In this document: in pieces, positions 52,601-61,297 of the stretch
How positions within the stretch are numbered: position 1 is the first letter of the stretch
Layout of the letters: each line of letters opens with the position of its first letter
NCBI GenBank assembly: GCA_000002435.2
Contig: CM018792.1
DNA from: Giardia intestinalis
Taxonomy: Eukaryota
Reading direction: 5' to 3' (one strand)
Length of the DNA stretch: 64,000 nt
The notes under the pieces: model-generated
The model's input: only the letters and a program-made list of their open reading frames with translations
Databases searched by the model: none
What the model was told of the DNA's origin: nothing
Position numbers and translations under genes: made by a program

Positions 52601-53738
52601 GTGCATATTGCGTCTGCAACCCTGCATCACTGTACACCGAAGCGTTAGTAAAAGATGCTGATGTGCGCCGCCTTGGTGTCACAGAAACATCTGATTCACA
52701 CTGAATAGATGCCGTGGACACGGTTGATAGCCCCACCTGTTTGCTGAAGCTCGCCGAAAGGGTCGATTTTGTAAGTCTGGAGCTGGGTGGCCGAGAGGTT
52801 GCCCGTTGTCCTGGTTCAGACGTTTCGATTGCTCGAAGAATCAATGGGAAGTTCTGGAGGGTGAGGGAGTGCATATAAAACATAGCTCCAAATTCAGCCG
52901 GTATCCGCTTCCTGAGAGTGGTAAGCCTGACAAATAAAATGCTGAGATTGTGAGGATAAAGACTTTTGAAGCCTGCTAAGGTGTTAAGAAGCTCTTGAGA
53001 GATAACTAGACTGTTGAGTATATCTCCAGAGAGGTCCTCTCTCGGGGTGATATCAAGGTAATCATTGAAGAGCTTGTTGTACGTTTCATAGATATACGAA
53101 AGTTTATCAGGCACCGAAGCATTGGAGTGCAGGTTCTCAAACTTTGCTCTGTTGAACTTGAGGATCTTATGTGAGGGTTTGGCTGGTGAAAGTAAAGACT
53201 TCGATTCACGATAATGAGGCACAACTACCCCAGCCTTGACAGTCTCTGCCTGTCGCAAGAGGTGCTTTTGAAGCCGCGTCAGCTTCTCGTTATTGTCCTT
53301 TACGGTAAGGAGCCTCCTAGCTAACCTGCGCTCCTCATCTGAAATGTACTCTCCATTAAGACACCAAAGAAGAGGAAATGCCAGAACCATAAATGGCCGG
53401 GAAAATGGCAAACTCTCCAATTCGGGGTTACTCTTAAGGACCAGGTTCATTACTATTACTGACTGCAAAGGAATAAGATGCTTTAGAAGCAATCCATTAC
53501 CGGTAAAATCTAGAATACCCAGGGAGGTAAATAGCGAAAGTGAGCGTATATCTAATAAGGAAGGATTGTATGGTACAAGAATATTGAAAATCTCAAGGTT
53601 TTCGTGAAGTAGTCCAAGACTGCTAAGTCCAGACGCCGGGGAGAAGAAAGTATGGAGGTACGGATACTGAATAGTTGACTTCATATCGAATTTCTGGTTC
53701 GCTGCATTTACAAAAACGCTCTTGCTCCACGCTTTCAT
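49695..53738 (-). CDS. Large hypothetical protein (1347 aa); N-terminal leucine-rich-repeat-like region, Ser/Thr-rich middle
   Basis: Single uninterrupted ORF. N-terminus LSLFTSLGILDFTGNGLLLKHLIPLQSVIVMNLVLKSNPELESL is LRR-like. No family recognised by eye. Confidence 0.55.
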   Translation of the reverse strand: MKAWSKSVFVNAANQKFDMKSTIQYPYLHTFFSPASGLSSLGLLHENLEIFNILVPYNPSLLDIRSLSLFTSLGILDFTGNGLLLKHLIPLQSVIVMNLVLKSNPELESLPFSRPFMVLAFPLLWCLNGEYISDEERRLARRLLTVKDNNEKLTRLQKHLLRQAETVKAGVVVPHYRESKSLLSPAKPSHKILKFNRAKFENLHSNASVPDKLSYIYETYNKLFNDYLDITPREDLSGDILNSLVISQELLNTLAGFKSLYPHNLSILFVRLTTLRKRIPAEFGAMFYMHSLTLQNFPLILRAIETSEPGQRATSRPPSSRLTKSTLSASFSKQVGLSTVSTASIQCESDVSVTPRRRTSASFTNASVYSDAGLQTQYARDQYSLSPIHVTSPTRKSGGPLFGFLSQALRSCCLGYTFKLSAIYYEVLRNYYGDGPVTELLSELYGTTLLGLCLGFSMVAKPPEYRRVLHTILLEDIGRGCQFSFYDFHVLTETTVSWYLTIPYDSRFDGLFKHLIVAISIAANIFREYTKTQMFIRDGFLPDEFNEKFQSTHSALVNEITGSADDFAWQASFSQYSHKHDASPLNSLGASGSARNLKTPEQAASNGLPVDHYLHKAICTANMAILTKSYDNKGKLSVIDEAASDPLTNSPVKSLSRQNEHPCQMPLGHRVESKSTTHNTTQPASSALSAVTGSPVISKQQKYSTAEYASIAESIYKNNVNKEPNLYDKLVQTGARFIYPQGAHPVGGTKAPTNLSNSHITTTFCAGQYHKSRVYISPDFKYSPEEPNGSIVAGSDITQYDLNKIQLPQIEKSKVLQVQPSYLLGKNMEEHTLRQANLTVEADLVKNYASNGSMPMRLRSTNYERLQHADVLRFLSNMKEKPRISYPHLNLVQSEVLQAQQKARAAFIQAARQTSPGTEGPEPDTRLPVDDLHINSTSLGGLDTVNEIGYTSPHTHVDRAMITSGPTETLYPEASANESVDSVFDSVGELSTSTHQFFTKLAATRKRIAELPFFDEENYKRLLALESRVKKYYNEQIRLRAVTQTTHRRLYSLALREHLQISTTYRDDPLFKSGVLSVIDIEQAGGYSAPKLQRIQIHPKRTDEILQKNLIRHLPRMFKSTASLNESLQFEAVLSGYQKKLDEVVCALESVACQESPLVLAKSDAFLTELEQYVDGANLSGCNELTEETSDLSDDASKNYLKDKELLEHHVVVSGGGQRSQKRYNSQVVPDDMPAAKSIDQAPKPANCISTDPDSSQRPAVSLGLNDFQTETELSGPAPQLAQSTLPAPDCPMPVLAVDGFSAMVNTDQKSDVIPFVGSQPPGTEFTESSNLIITAMMQDEMSPSKS

Positions 53739-53835
53739 AGACGCCGGTTGACCGGCTTTTTAATTTTTCTCAGTACACCAATTGTATTTTGCACAAGAGG
53801 CGTTACCTGCTTAGGTAGCAGTGAAAGAAGCTAGC

Positions 53836-55926
53836 TTAGCTCACTACCACCCTAACCCATTTACCTGTTTCGCTCTGTGCGCAACTGGTGCAACATAGGA
53901 ATCCGTCCTCGATCCGACACATTGTCCAATCAAGCGTCTTACACTTTTTGCACCTTTTGTGAACCATGAGGCTGCTAAGAATGTGCTTGCTAGTATCGCT
54001 ACAAGGAAGAGCTCTTATTGTGGCCGTAAGCTTAAGTTGCTCTAAGTACAACGAACAGGCCTGGTTACTGTACTCAAGTCCCACCTCTAATATCTCGTCA
54101 ATCTCGTGATGTGCCGTATCTAGCATTTGCTCGATGGTTTGCTTGTGCTCTAGAAGCATCCCAGAGTACTTGGCTATGGTGGTACTGTTGGTTAGCTGTG
54201 CTTGCTCCTTGGCATATGCGTCAACTTTTGCCTTCACTTGGGACTCCCAGCGCTCAACCTTTGCTGGGATGGTCTTTAGGATGTTACGAAGAGCGGTCAC
54301 TGTGTCGCTGAAGGACTCCACATTATCTTGTCCCCTCACCGCAAAAGGGGAGTCAGATACATCGCCGGCGTGCTCACCGTGTTCATCATGTGCCATCTTA
54401 GTTATGAAACCTGCAAATCTTTTAGTTAGGCTCTTCTCCAAGGCATCTATTGCGTCGTGAATTATATCTCTTGCTGATCCTAGATAGAGTATCATCGACT
54501 GAAAATCTCCTGCTGCGCTATTAAATATTTCTAAATACTCTCTCGATTCCGTACCTGTAAAGCTGCTTTCTGATGTAGATGAAATGGTGGAGGTTGACGT
54601 GGTAATGGTAGATATCAGCCCGTCAAGCTTCTCTTTTTGCCGTATCATCGTCTTTATTTTCTGTACTATGTCTATAATCTCTTTGATTGCAGGAGTTTCC
54701 TTGACGAGGTCAGAGGGATCATTAGATATGCGTGCAGTGTTTAACATGCGTCCAAACAGCTCACCGACGTCATCTGTAGAGACTAAACTAGAGATAATTC
54801 CGTCTAGGAAATCGTCTGGGCTCTTATCATCAATGTCGTCGCTATTCTCTGCGGACTTATCCATAAGCTTTGAGTCTGTACCATTCTGTGCCCAGATATG
54901 TGTGATTTTATCATGGACATCATTCAAGTACTCACTGAGAGACCTTAGAGCCGATAGGTTAACGTTACGAAAAAGCGAGAAAAGCCTTTTTGATCTATCA
55001 TCTAGTGTGGATTGGTCTCTTTGTCCATTACCTGGCCGATCTTCTATTCTACTATTTTCCACTGCACTGCTGTTCAGCGATGACTCATTCTTAATACTGT
55101 GTGGTATATTATCGTGGTTGGTGCTATTGGGTGCATCAGTGTTCTCCGCGTTGAAGAGCTTTAACATGTTTATAACATCTCTGTTCAACCGGTGTAACAG
55201 TTCCACTAAGTCATCATGTTTGTGCTCCTCTGAGTTAGTGAGTGATACGTTACCATGGTTGTCATTGCTATCCTGTTGATTGGAGCCCTTTAGCTCACTA
55301 TTTGATACCATGCTACCGTTATCAATGCTATTACTTGCATAATCACATAGAGCTAGGACGTCTTCTGGAAATAAAAGTCCTATTCCAGGGTCATTAAGAA
55401 ACTGTTCTGAAAGCTGCCCACACAGGATGCGCGGCTTCTGTTCGACATCGCAAATAAGAACTTCGTTTGAAAAGTAGTTAGTACGCAGCTCTTCGAACTT
55501 ATTACTCTTCTTTGAGATGGGCTGAACGAAGTACTTCTGCTCTTTGTCTGTGGCAAACGCCTCGATTAATTGTAAAGCAGAGTTGAAAGCAGTAGATTGG
55601 TCATCTGCTTCAGATATCTTTTGCTCCTCTATACGAAGCATGGTTCCAAAGCATAGCGCGCTAAGAAGCTGAGTGGAGCTTTGTGCACGCTTTAGCTCTG
55701 GCTCACCGACAGTAGAAAAGCTTTCTACCTGATCAAGAGACTCTTCAAGAAGCTCCTCAAGTTTGCAATTGTAGGTGTCAAGAGAGCTTTGAAGCTCGCC
55801 GGCCTGCTCTTTAAGAGTTGCGCTAATCGACTGAAGCGCCCGCCGATACGTATTGAGAGAGGATATTTCTGCCGCTAGGCCCCGAAGGCGGTATTGCGAA
55901 ACGTAGAGCGGGAAGTTTCGAAGCAT
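53836..55926 (-). CDS. Hypothetical coiled-coil protein (696 aa) with C-terminal Cys cluster CKKCKTLDWTMCRIEDGFLCCTSC (possible zinc ribbon)
   Basis: Long ORF, acidic and Ser/Asn-rich with heptad-like stretches. C-terminal Cx2Cx8Cx7CCx2C motif. Confidence 0.5.
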   Translation of the reverse strand: MLRNFPLYVSQYRLRGLAAEISSLNTYRRALQSISATLKEQAGELQSSLDTYNCKLEELLEESLDQVESFSTVGEPELKRAQSSTQLLSALCFGTMLRIEEQKISEADDQSTAFNSALQLIEAFATDKEQKYFVQPISKKSNKFEELRTNYFSNEVLICDVEQKPRILCGQLSEQFLNDPGIGLLFPEDVLALCDYASNSIDNGSMVSNSELKGSNQQDSNDNHGNVSLTNSEEHKHDDLVELLHRLNRDVINMLKLFNAENTDAPNSTNHDNIPHSIKNESSLNSSAVENSRIEDRPGNGQRDQSTLDDRSKRLFSLFRNVNLSALRSLSEYLNDVHDKITHIWAQNGTDSKLMDKSAENSDDIDDKSPDDFLDGIISSLVSTDDVGELFGRMLNTARISNDPSDLVKETPAIKEIIDIVQKIKTMIRQKEKLDGLISTITTSTSTISSTSESSFTGTESREYLEIFNSAAGDFQSMILYLGSARDIIHDAIDALEKSLTKRFAGFITKMAHDEHGEHAGDVSDSPFAVRGQDNVESFSDTVTALRNILKTIPAKVERWESQVKAKVDAYAKEQAQLTNSTTIAKYSGMLLEHKQTIEQMLDTAHHEIDEILEVGLEYSNQACSLYLEQLKLTATIRALPCSDTSKHILSSLMVHKRCKKCKTLDWTMCRIEDGFLCCTSCAQSETGKWVRVVVS

Positions 55927-56053
55927 GGCGCAAGCTCCTCGGCCTCGGACTATTTCAGACTTCCATTTCTTAATTTCATCTGTTAAGTCTTTGCGTCCAC
56001 TTTCTATATTTATATGGCAAATTAACGTTTATCATAAGCACCGGCATCCTTTT

Positions 56054-56347
56054 ATGGCAAATATCGGGATACTAGCTGACGAGGCCACCATCACGGGCTT
56101 CCTTCTTGCTGGTGCAGGTTGCATTAGTAGCGGTAATCAGAAGAATTTTCACGTTGTAGACCAGAATGTGTCCAAAGCAGATGTCGAAGCAGCGTTTGAG
56201 GAGCTAAGGAACAGTCCAGATATCAGCATAATTATGGTGTCCAACGGTGTCATGGAGACAATAAAGGATACTATTGCTGAATACGATCTTCAAGGAAAAG
56301 TGGTAATGCCGTTTCCTACTAAAGATTCAGGTTTGTTCGCAAGCTAA
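56054..56347 (+). CDS. V-type H+-ATPase subunit F
   Basis: MANIGILADEATITGFLLAGAG...NFHVV...EVEAAFEEL...DISIIMVSNGVMETIKDTI...VVMPFPTKD matches the Vma7/ATP6V1F pattern. The ORF-track start at 55925 overlaps the convergent upstream gene. An internal ATG at 56054 gives a 97-aa protein that begins exactly at the conserved N-terminus. Confidence 0.6.
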   Translation: MANIGILADEATITGFLLAGAGCISSGNQKNFHVVDQNVSKADVEAAFEELRNSPDISIIMVSNGVMETIKDTIAEYDLQGKVVMPFPTKDSGLFAS

Positions 56348-56414
56348 GTATTATGTGAAGTAAACCACTTTGTAGCCTTCGCAGACATAGCATGCCTAAT
56401 TTTATTCTTAGACG

Positions 56415-57275
56415 ATGGTTGCGCAGGGCTCCTGCTCACTGTGCTGCGGGCTTTTCTGGAAGACAGCGCCTCCTCTGACAATAGCAATCCCTGCTGTTGT
56501 GCTCCTATGTAGCATTGCGTTCTTTATCACATGCATGAGCATGTACATTCAGTTCCAGTGCTTCCTCATGGACTACACGGCGCTTATGCCCGGTGCTATC
56601 TTTCTTCAAGGTCACGTGTGGAGAATCGTGACGCCGCACCTGGTTCCTGCAACCCTGTGGCAAACACTGTTTATTCTTATGTCGTTTGTTCCGCCCGCGT
56701 TCATTCTAGAGAAGAAGATAGGATCACTGCGGTTCTTCGGATTGTTAGTGTTCTGCATGGCATTTGTATCTCTTACAATATCTGCAATAGCCGCGGTTTT
56801 GTACTACACACCTGGTATCAACAAGTGGAGCTACTTCAAGGCCCAGTGGTTCAGTACTTCCGATCTCGGGCCGACATCGCTGCTTCTCTTTACGATGATT
56901 TGTAGCATCCGAGCGCTCAGACAACGGACTCTCCCTTTCTGCTTTTGCCAAATACCCTCGTGGGCCTACATTCTCATCACATATGTCTTTGCACAACTTA
57001 TGATGTATCCGCCATGGTATGGCATTTTCTATAACCTGATGGCCGTAATAGCAGGACTAATAGTTCCACGATCTTGGCTTCAGGGGGCTGAAGATGTCAC
57101 TAGTATTTATGACATCTATACAGGCGCTGCACAACAGGCTGAATCTAAGGATGTTGAATTGCGTCCGCAAGGCCAGCAAGACATTAGTAATGCTATGAAT
57201 TCTATAAGGCAAGAACAGACAATACCAGCACCTGACAAAAGCGAAGCGTTTACGGCTCGCGGTCGCATTCTTTAA
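56415..57275 (+). CDS. Rhomboid-superfamily membrane protein, probably a derlin-like inactive member
   Basis: 286 aa with about 6 TM helices. HVWRIVTPHL...LEKKIGSLRFFGLLVF resembles the WR-x-T / LE-x-x-G core shared by rhomboids and derlins. No GxSG catalytic motif seen. Confidence 0.4.
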   Translation: MVAQGSCSLCCGLFWKTAPPLTIAIPAVVLLCSIAFFITCMSMYIQFQCFLMDYTALMPGAIFLQGHVWRIVTPHLVPATLWQTLFILMSFVPPAFILEKKIGSLRFFGLLVFCMAFVSLTISAIAAVLYYTPGINKWSYFKAQWFSTSDLGPTSLLLFTMICSIRALRQRTLPFCFCQIPSWAYILITYVFAQLMMYPPWYGIFYNLMAVIAGLIVPRSWLQGAEDVTSIYDIYTGAAQQAESKDVELRPQGQQDISNAMNSIRQEQTIPAPDKSEAFTARGRIL

Positions 57276-57305
57276 AACCCAGCATTTTCCGCGAAAAAAA
57301 ATTGG

Positions 57306-58484
57306 ATGAACTCCCTTACGCTCATACTGGGACCCATGTTCGCTGGCAAGTCCACAGAGCTCGTCGGCATCCATGCCCGGCTTGTAGCTGCCCATAAGCG
57401 CGTCTTAGTTGTTAAGCACACCTTTGACACTCGCTATGATGACAACTCCTTGACTACTCACGACAACACGAGGATAGCTGCGAAGAGAGCGGTACTTCTT
57501 GGCGAACTTGCAACAGAGTTTGGCGACTACGATGCCCTTATAGTAGATGAAGGCCAATTTTTTGCTGATATCGTCTCAGGTGTTCAGGATGCACTCTCGA
57601 AGGGGCTTTATGTGTACGTTTCGGCCCTTTCGGGGAACTTTAAGCGCGAGCCCTTTGAGCTGATACCGCGGTTATTCCCCCTAGCATCTGCTATTTATCT
57701 CCGATCGGCCATATGTGCAATATGCCATGCCCCTGCGCCGTTCTCTGCACGATTCTCTGCTCAGACAGAAGAGATTGTTATCGGTGGGGCCGAACTGTAT
57801 GCTCCTACCTGTCGCACCTGCTGGAAAAGTATAGCACATCAGCGGTCGATCAAGAAGGCCAGGCAACTAACTGACAGCGAAATCAAAAGCTTCGTAAGTG
57901 ATGCAGCAGCAATTCTGGAGAGATCAGCTCTTACAGGGAGCAAATTGCTTCTTGTTCCAGCAGTTACAAGCCCTCTTGATGCAGAGCTGCAATGTGTCTA
58001 CGCGTCCGCCTCAAGTGCAGGCCAGAATATCCTGGTGATAGCCCGGGAGGAATCTCAGGAACTGAACGAAGCGGCAAGTACCTTTGGATTTACTCTTAGA
58101 TACGTCGATTCACTCGTTCAGTCAGAGTCGGAGGACGATTGCACTATCAATAACGAGGTTAAGCATGCCATGGACCCGCACTCTATCGTCCTTGTCTACC
58201 ACGCAGACTCCTACGATCATGCTGATGTGGTTCTCGATGACTGCGTCTTCCAGGGTAAAGTCGTCATCGCAGCAACGTCTGCAAAGGCACCCTATCAGGT
58301 TTTAGGCAGCTTCCTAAGCCACGCAGATATTGTATCTTTTGGTTCGCTCACTAGAAACACAGGTGAAGGCCACGAAAAGCTAGGAGCGTCCGGGGTTTCC
58401 ACTGAAGTGCCACGGTTCTTTAGAACATGCCTTGCAGGACTTCCACTCGAAAAGCTGGTGCTAGGGATCAACGAAGACCTGTGA
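57306..58484 (+). CDS. TK: Thymidine kinase (TK1 family), extended/tandem-type: N-terminal canonical TK1 domain plus divergent C-terminal ~200 aa
   Basis: LILGPMFAGKSTELV (P-loop), VLVVKHTFDTRYD, IVDEGQFF, SALSGNFKREPF, zinc motifs CAICH...CRTCW, all in TK1 order. The total is 392 aa, about twice a normal TK1. The second half is only weakly TK-like. Confidence 0.8.
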   Translation: MNSLTLILGPMFAGKSTELVGIHARLVAAHKRVLVVKHTFDTRYDDNSLTTHDNTRIAAKRAVLLGELATEFGDYDALIVDEGQFFADIVSGVQDALSKGLYVYVSALSGNFKREPFELIPRLFPLASAIYLRSAICAICHAPAPFSARFSAQTEEIVIGGAELYAPTCRTCWKSIAHQRSIKKARQLTDSEIKSFVSDAAAILERSALTGSKLLLVPAVTSPLDAELQCVYASASSAGQNILVIAREESQELNEAASTFGFTLRYVDSLVQSESEDDCTINNEVKHAMDPHSIVLVYHADSYDHADVVLDDCVFQGKVVIAATSAKAPYQVLGSFLSHADIVSFGSLTRNTGEGHEKLGASGVSTEVPRFFRTCLAGLPLEKLVLGINEDL

Positions 58485-58535
58485 TGCATGGGCCTCATCA
58501 CCTTGAAATTTCAGAAGCTCGGCTTGCAGAGTAAC

Positions 58536-61169
58536 TTACCTAAACACCCGTATAGCCTCCTGAGAAACCGCTGGGTCTAGCTTGAGTATGTTAACTACAC
58601 CCTCCAGCTGCCGATCTTTGTAGCAATCTGCCATGGCGAAGATCATGACATACTTAACGTTCTGACTATCTGTCTTGGCAGTCATAACTAGAAAAGATAT
58701 CACGCGTTGCAGGGCCGCGTCCAGCTCTTGCATCTTTGGCTCAAGCACTTTCAGACCTTTTCCAAGTCTATCACTCAATGAATTTATAACCTCGGACAGT
58801 ATACGATATGCAAAGAATAAGATCTCAATGGCGACCGCACGGTAGTAGTATCTAAGAGAAGTGAGTAGATGATCGCAGATATAAATAAGTTTGTTAACTG
58901 TAAGGTGCACGACAGTGTATGCTTCTGGTCGAAGATAAGCATCTAGCTTACTGGCAGCAGGAGACGAGGGATCAGGGAGCTTTAGATTGAGGATCCCAAC
59001 GTCTGTGTCAAAAACCCTTGCGAACCATCCAGAGAATGCTTGAATACACGAGTCTCGGACAACTGCGACGCTGTCGTAACACCAAAGAATAATAGAGACA
59101 GGGATAGAGGACAGACAGTCTCTGTTCATGATGAGGTCGTTGCTCTCGAGCAGGAGGTTCTCAGGGATAGCTGGGTTATACATACTGACGAGATCTGTGA
59201 AGTTATGCCGCGCTAGCATGTTCCACGTCGCTAGGCGAACCCGCCAAGACGGATCAAATAAGCCGTACTTTACGAGGGGCAATATATTGAGCGAAATGTG
59301 CTCCTTGTAGCTCTCTAGCACATGAAATGCAAAGTATCTTGCTAGTGCGTAGTTGGGTGTGACAGTAAATGGAAGGATTGCTTCGATGCACAGGGAAACA
59401 AAGTCTTCAGAAGGGTCTTCGAGGGGTCGCTTCACAAAGTAGGCAAGGAGCTGGTCTATCTGGTGAACAAGTTCAACGAGTAATAGCTTAGTCAGCTTTG
59501 TAATGGGCGCACCACTCATATACGTTATCAAGCTACAATTGGATATGATAATATGCTGGTCACTGGAGTGCACTGGGCTGGTGTCTGCAATATCAGGTTG
59601 AGATAACTTAACCTCAAGATTAAGGTGGTTAAGTATTTGCAGTATGACCTCTCGGGGAACGGTGCAAACCGTAATAGCTGTCTGGTTGATAAGAGTCATG
59701 ACATTTTTAAGGATGCTTGAAGTAAGAGCAGCAAGGCTATACTCTGCATCCATGAAGGATCCTATGCACCCCAGAACTCTAGTAATATGCAAGATCAAGG
59801 TCGGACTAACCACTTCTCTGGGACGGTCGGAGACGTTCTGCTGCCCCTCGATTTCTTTGCAGATATTGATAATCTTTATTGTAATGGAAAGTATGACATC
59901 TAGAACCGCTTGGTTGTGCTCTCTAGTGTGGTGTTTCTCATGTGCCTTAGCCGCCTTGCTGTTAGGGGCTATACTTAAGTTAGTTCCCAGCTTGTGCTGA
60001 AGACTAATTGCCAAGTAGACAACTGTCTCCATTATTATTTCTTTGGTGACTAGCTGTCTGTCGGCAGCCTCAAGTATAAGGGTTATCAGCAACAAGTAGG
60101 CCCCGACGTGGCAGGGCTGTACTACGACAATCACAGACAGTGAATGAAGTATAGATGTGAGCAGGTCAGCATTTTCATATGAAATTTTGGCCGCTGGTGC
60201 AGAGAGGGAGGGGACAAGATCATCCTTTAGCAAACCCTGGAGACGCCTCATGAGGTTCTGAGTATACACAGGCGTCAAATAGTTATTCAGCACGAAGTCT
60301 GCTCCAATAAGTTGCTTGAAAAATAAATCAATGATATGGCTAAAGTCAATGTGACCGGAGAGGCCGAGAATATATACTTGTCTTTCGTCATCGCTGTAAT
60401 TGAGCAGAAAGTCCCCGGTCTTCATGCGCACATGAACCTCCTTTCCACACAGATCGGTCTTAGAGGGAATGTCAAAGAGCTTCTTCTGAATAGCCTCCAT
60501 CTTATCCTCAAAGTATTTAGGCATTGATGATAGAAAGATGGGTCCATAAAGTTCGCACAGTGAGAGCACACCGTCCGCAATCGGGGCAATTCCCTCTGCA
60601 AAGGTCACCTCCTGGACAATATTCCTGATCAGTTCAGTTATCTTGGCATCTGTTATTCCTGTTGGGGTATCAAAGTTTTGCAGAAAGTTGTCCTGGGGAT
60701 CAGGCCCCACATAAAAGTAAGGCAGTAGAGCAAGAATGGACAGCTTAGGGGAAGAGCGCACTTCATCAGGAGACTGGTAGCTATTCATAAAGGTACACAT
60801 GCTATCGAAGATCTCCTGCGGGGCAAAGGGGATAAGCATGCGTATAGACTGAACAGAGTAGAGGATAACATCATACATAGGATGTGTCGTGGTAGAAAAC
60901 AGGATCTTCAACGCCTTAGGGAGGAGCTCAAGGAAGAGTTGTCGATCATCTGCCAAAAGTACCACGATTTTGCGAACACATGATAATATCATGTTAATGA
61001 GGTTCCCCTCTGAAACGATATAAAGCTCATACAGGTGGTCCAGGATGTGATCAGAGTCTCGAGGGTTAGAGAGGGCATACGCAGGTAGCTGATCAAGCGT
61101 TTGAGATACAACAGCCGGGATCGTCGAATTAAGGGAGGCAATTATGGAGTTGAGGCTCAACATGACCAA
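58536..61169 (-). CDS. Hypothetical large protein (877 aa), probably alpha-helical repeat (HEAT/ARM-like)
   Basis: Uninterrupted 877-aa ORF. Leu-rich amphipathic segments throughout. No motif recognised. Confidence 0.5.
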   Translation of the reverse strand: MVMLSLNSIIASLNSTIPAVVSQTLDQLPAYALSNPRDSDHILDHLYELYIVSEGNLINMILSCVRKIVVLLADDRQLFLELLPKALKILFSTTTHPMYDVILYSVQSIRMLIPFAPQEIFDSMCTFMNSYQSPDEVRSSPKLSILALLPYFYVGPDPQDNFLQNFDTPTGITDAKITELIRNIVQEVTFAEGIAPIADGVLSLCELYGPIFLSSMPKYFEDKMEAIQKKLFDIPSKTDLCGKEVHVRMKTGDFLLNYSDDERQVYILGLSGHIDFSHIIDLFFKQLIGADFVLNNYLTPVYTQNLMRRLQGLLKDDLVPSLSAPAAKISYENADLLTSILHSLSVIVVVQPCHVGAYLLLITLILEAADRQLVTKEIIMETVVYLAISLQHKLGTNLSIAPNSKAAKAHEKHHTREHNQAVLDVILSITIKIINICKEIEGQQNVSDRPREVVSPTLILHITRVLGCIGSFMDAEYSLAALTSSILKNVMTLINQTAITVCTVPREVILQILNHLNLEVKLSQPDIADTSPVHSSDQHIIISNCSLITYMSGAPITKLTKLLLVELVHQIDQLLAYFVKRPLEDPSEDFVSLCIEAILPFTVTPNYALARYFAFHVLESYKEHISLNILPLVKYGLFDPSWRVRLATWNMLARHNFTDLVSMYNPAIPENLLLESNDLIMNRDCLSSIPVSIILWCYDSVAVVRDSCIQAFSGWFARVFDTDVGILNLKLPDPSSPAASKLDAYLRPEAYTVVHLTVNKLIYICDHLLTSLRYYYRAVAIEILFFAYRILSEVINSLSDRLGKGLKVLEPKMQELDAALQRVISFLVMTAKTDSQNVKYVMIFAMADCYKDRQLEGVVNILKLDPAVSQEAIRVFR

Positions 61170-61297
61170 AAACTGACAAAGACTCTTTCAGGTTTCTTCC
61201 AGGTTTATCTTGCAAAGAATAAGAACCGGTCTACGAAATCCGTAAATGAAGGAAATGAACTTTCTTTGAAATTGCATAATTAGGGTGGAATTAAATC

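Noticed and set aside
50651-53607. Small ORFs (60-104 aa) on either strand inside the 1347-aa gene and in other large genes (e.g. 52193-52405, 53293-53607, 59644-60000)
   Set aside because: Fully nested in or antisense to a long uninterrupted ORF. No independent support.
55925-56053. ORF-track start of V-ATPase F at 55925
   Set aside because: Overlaps the neighbouring gene's start codon. The conserved protein begins at the internal ATG 56054.
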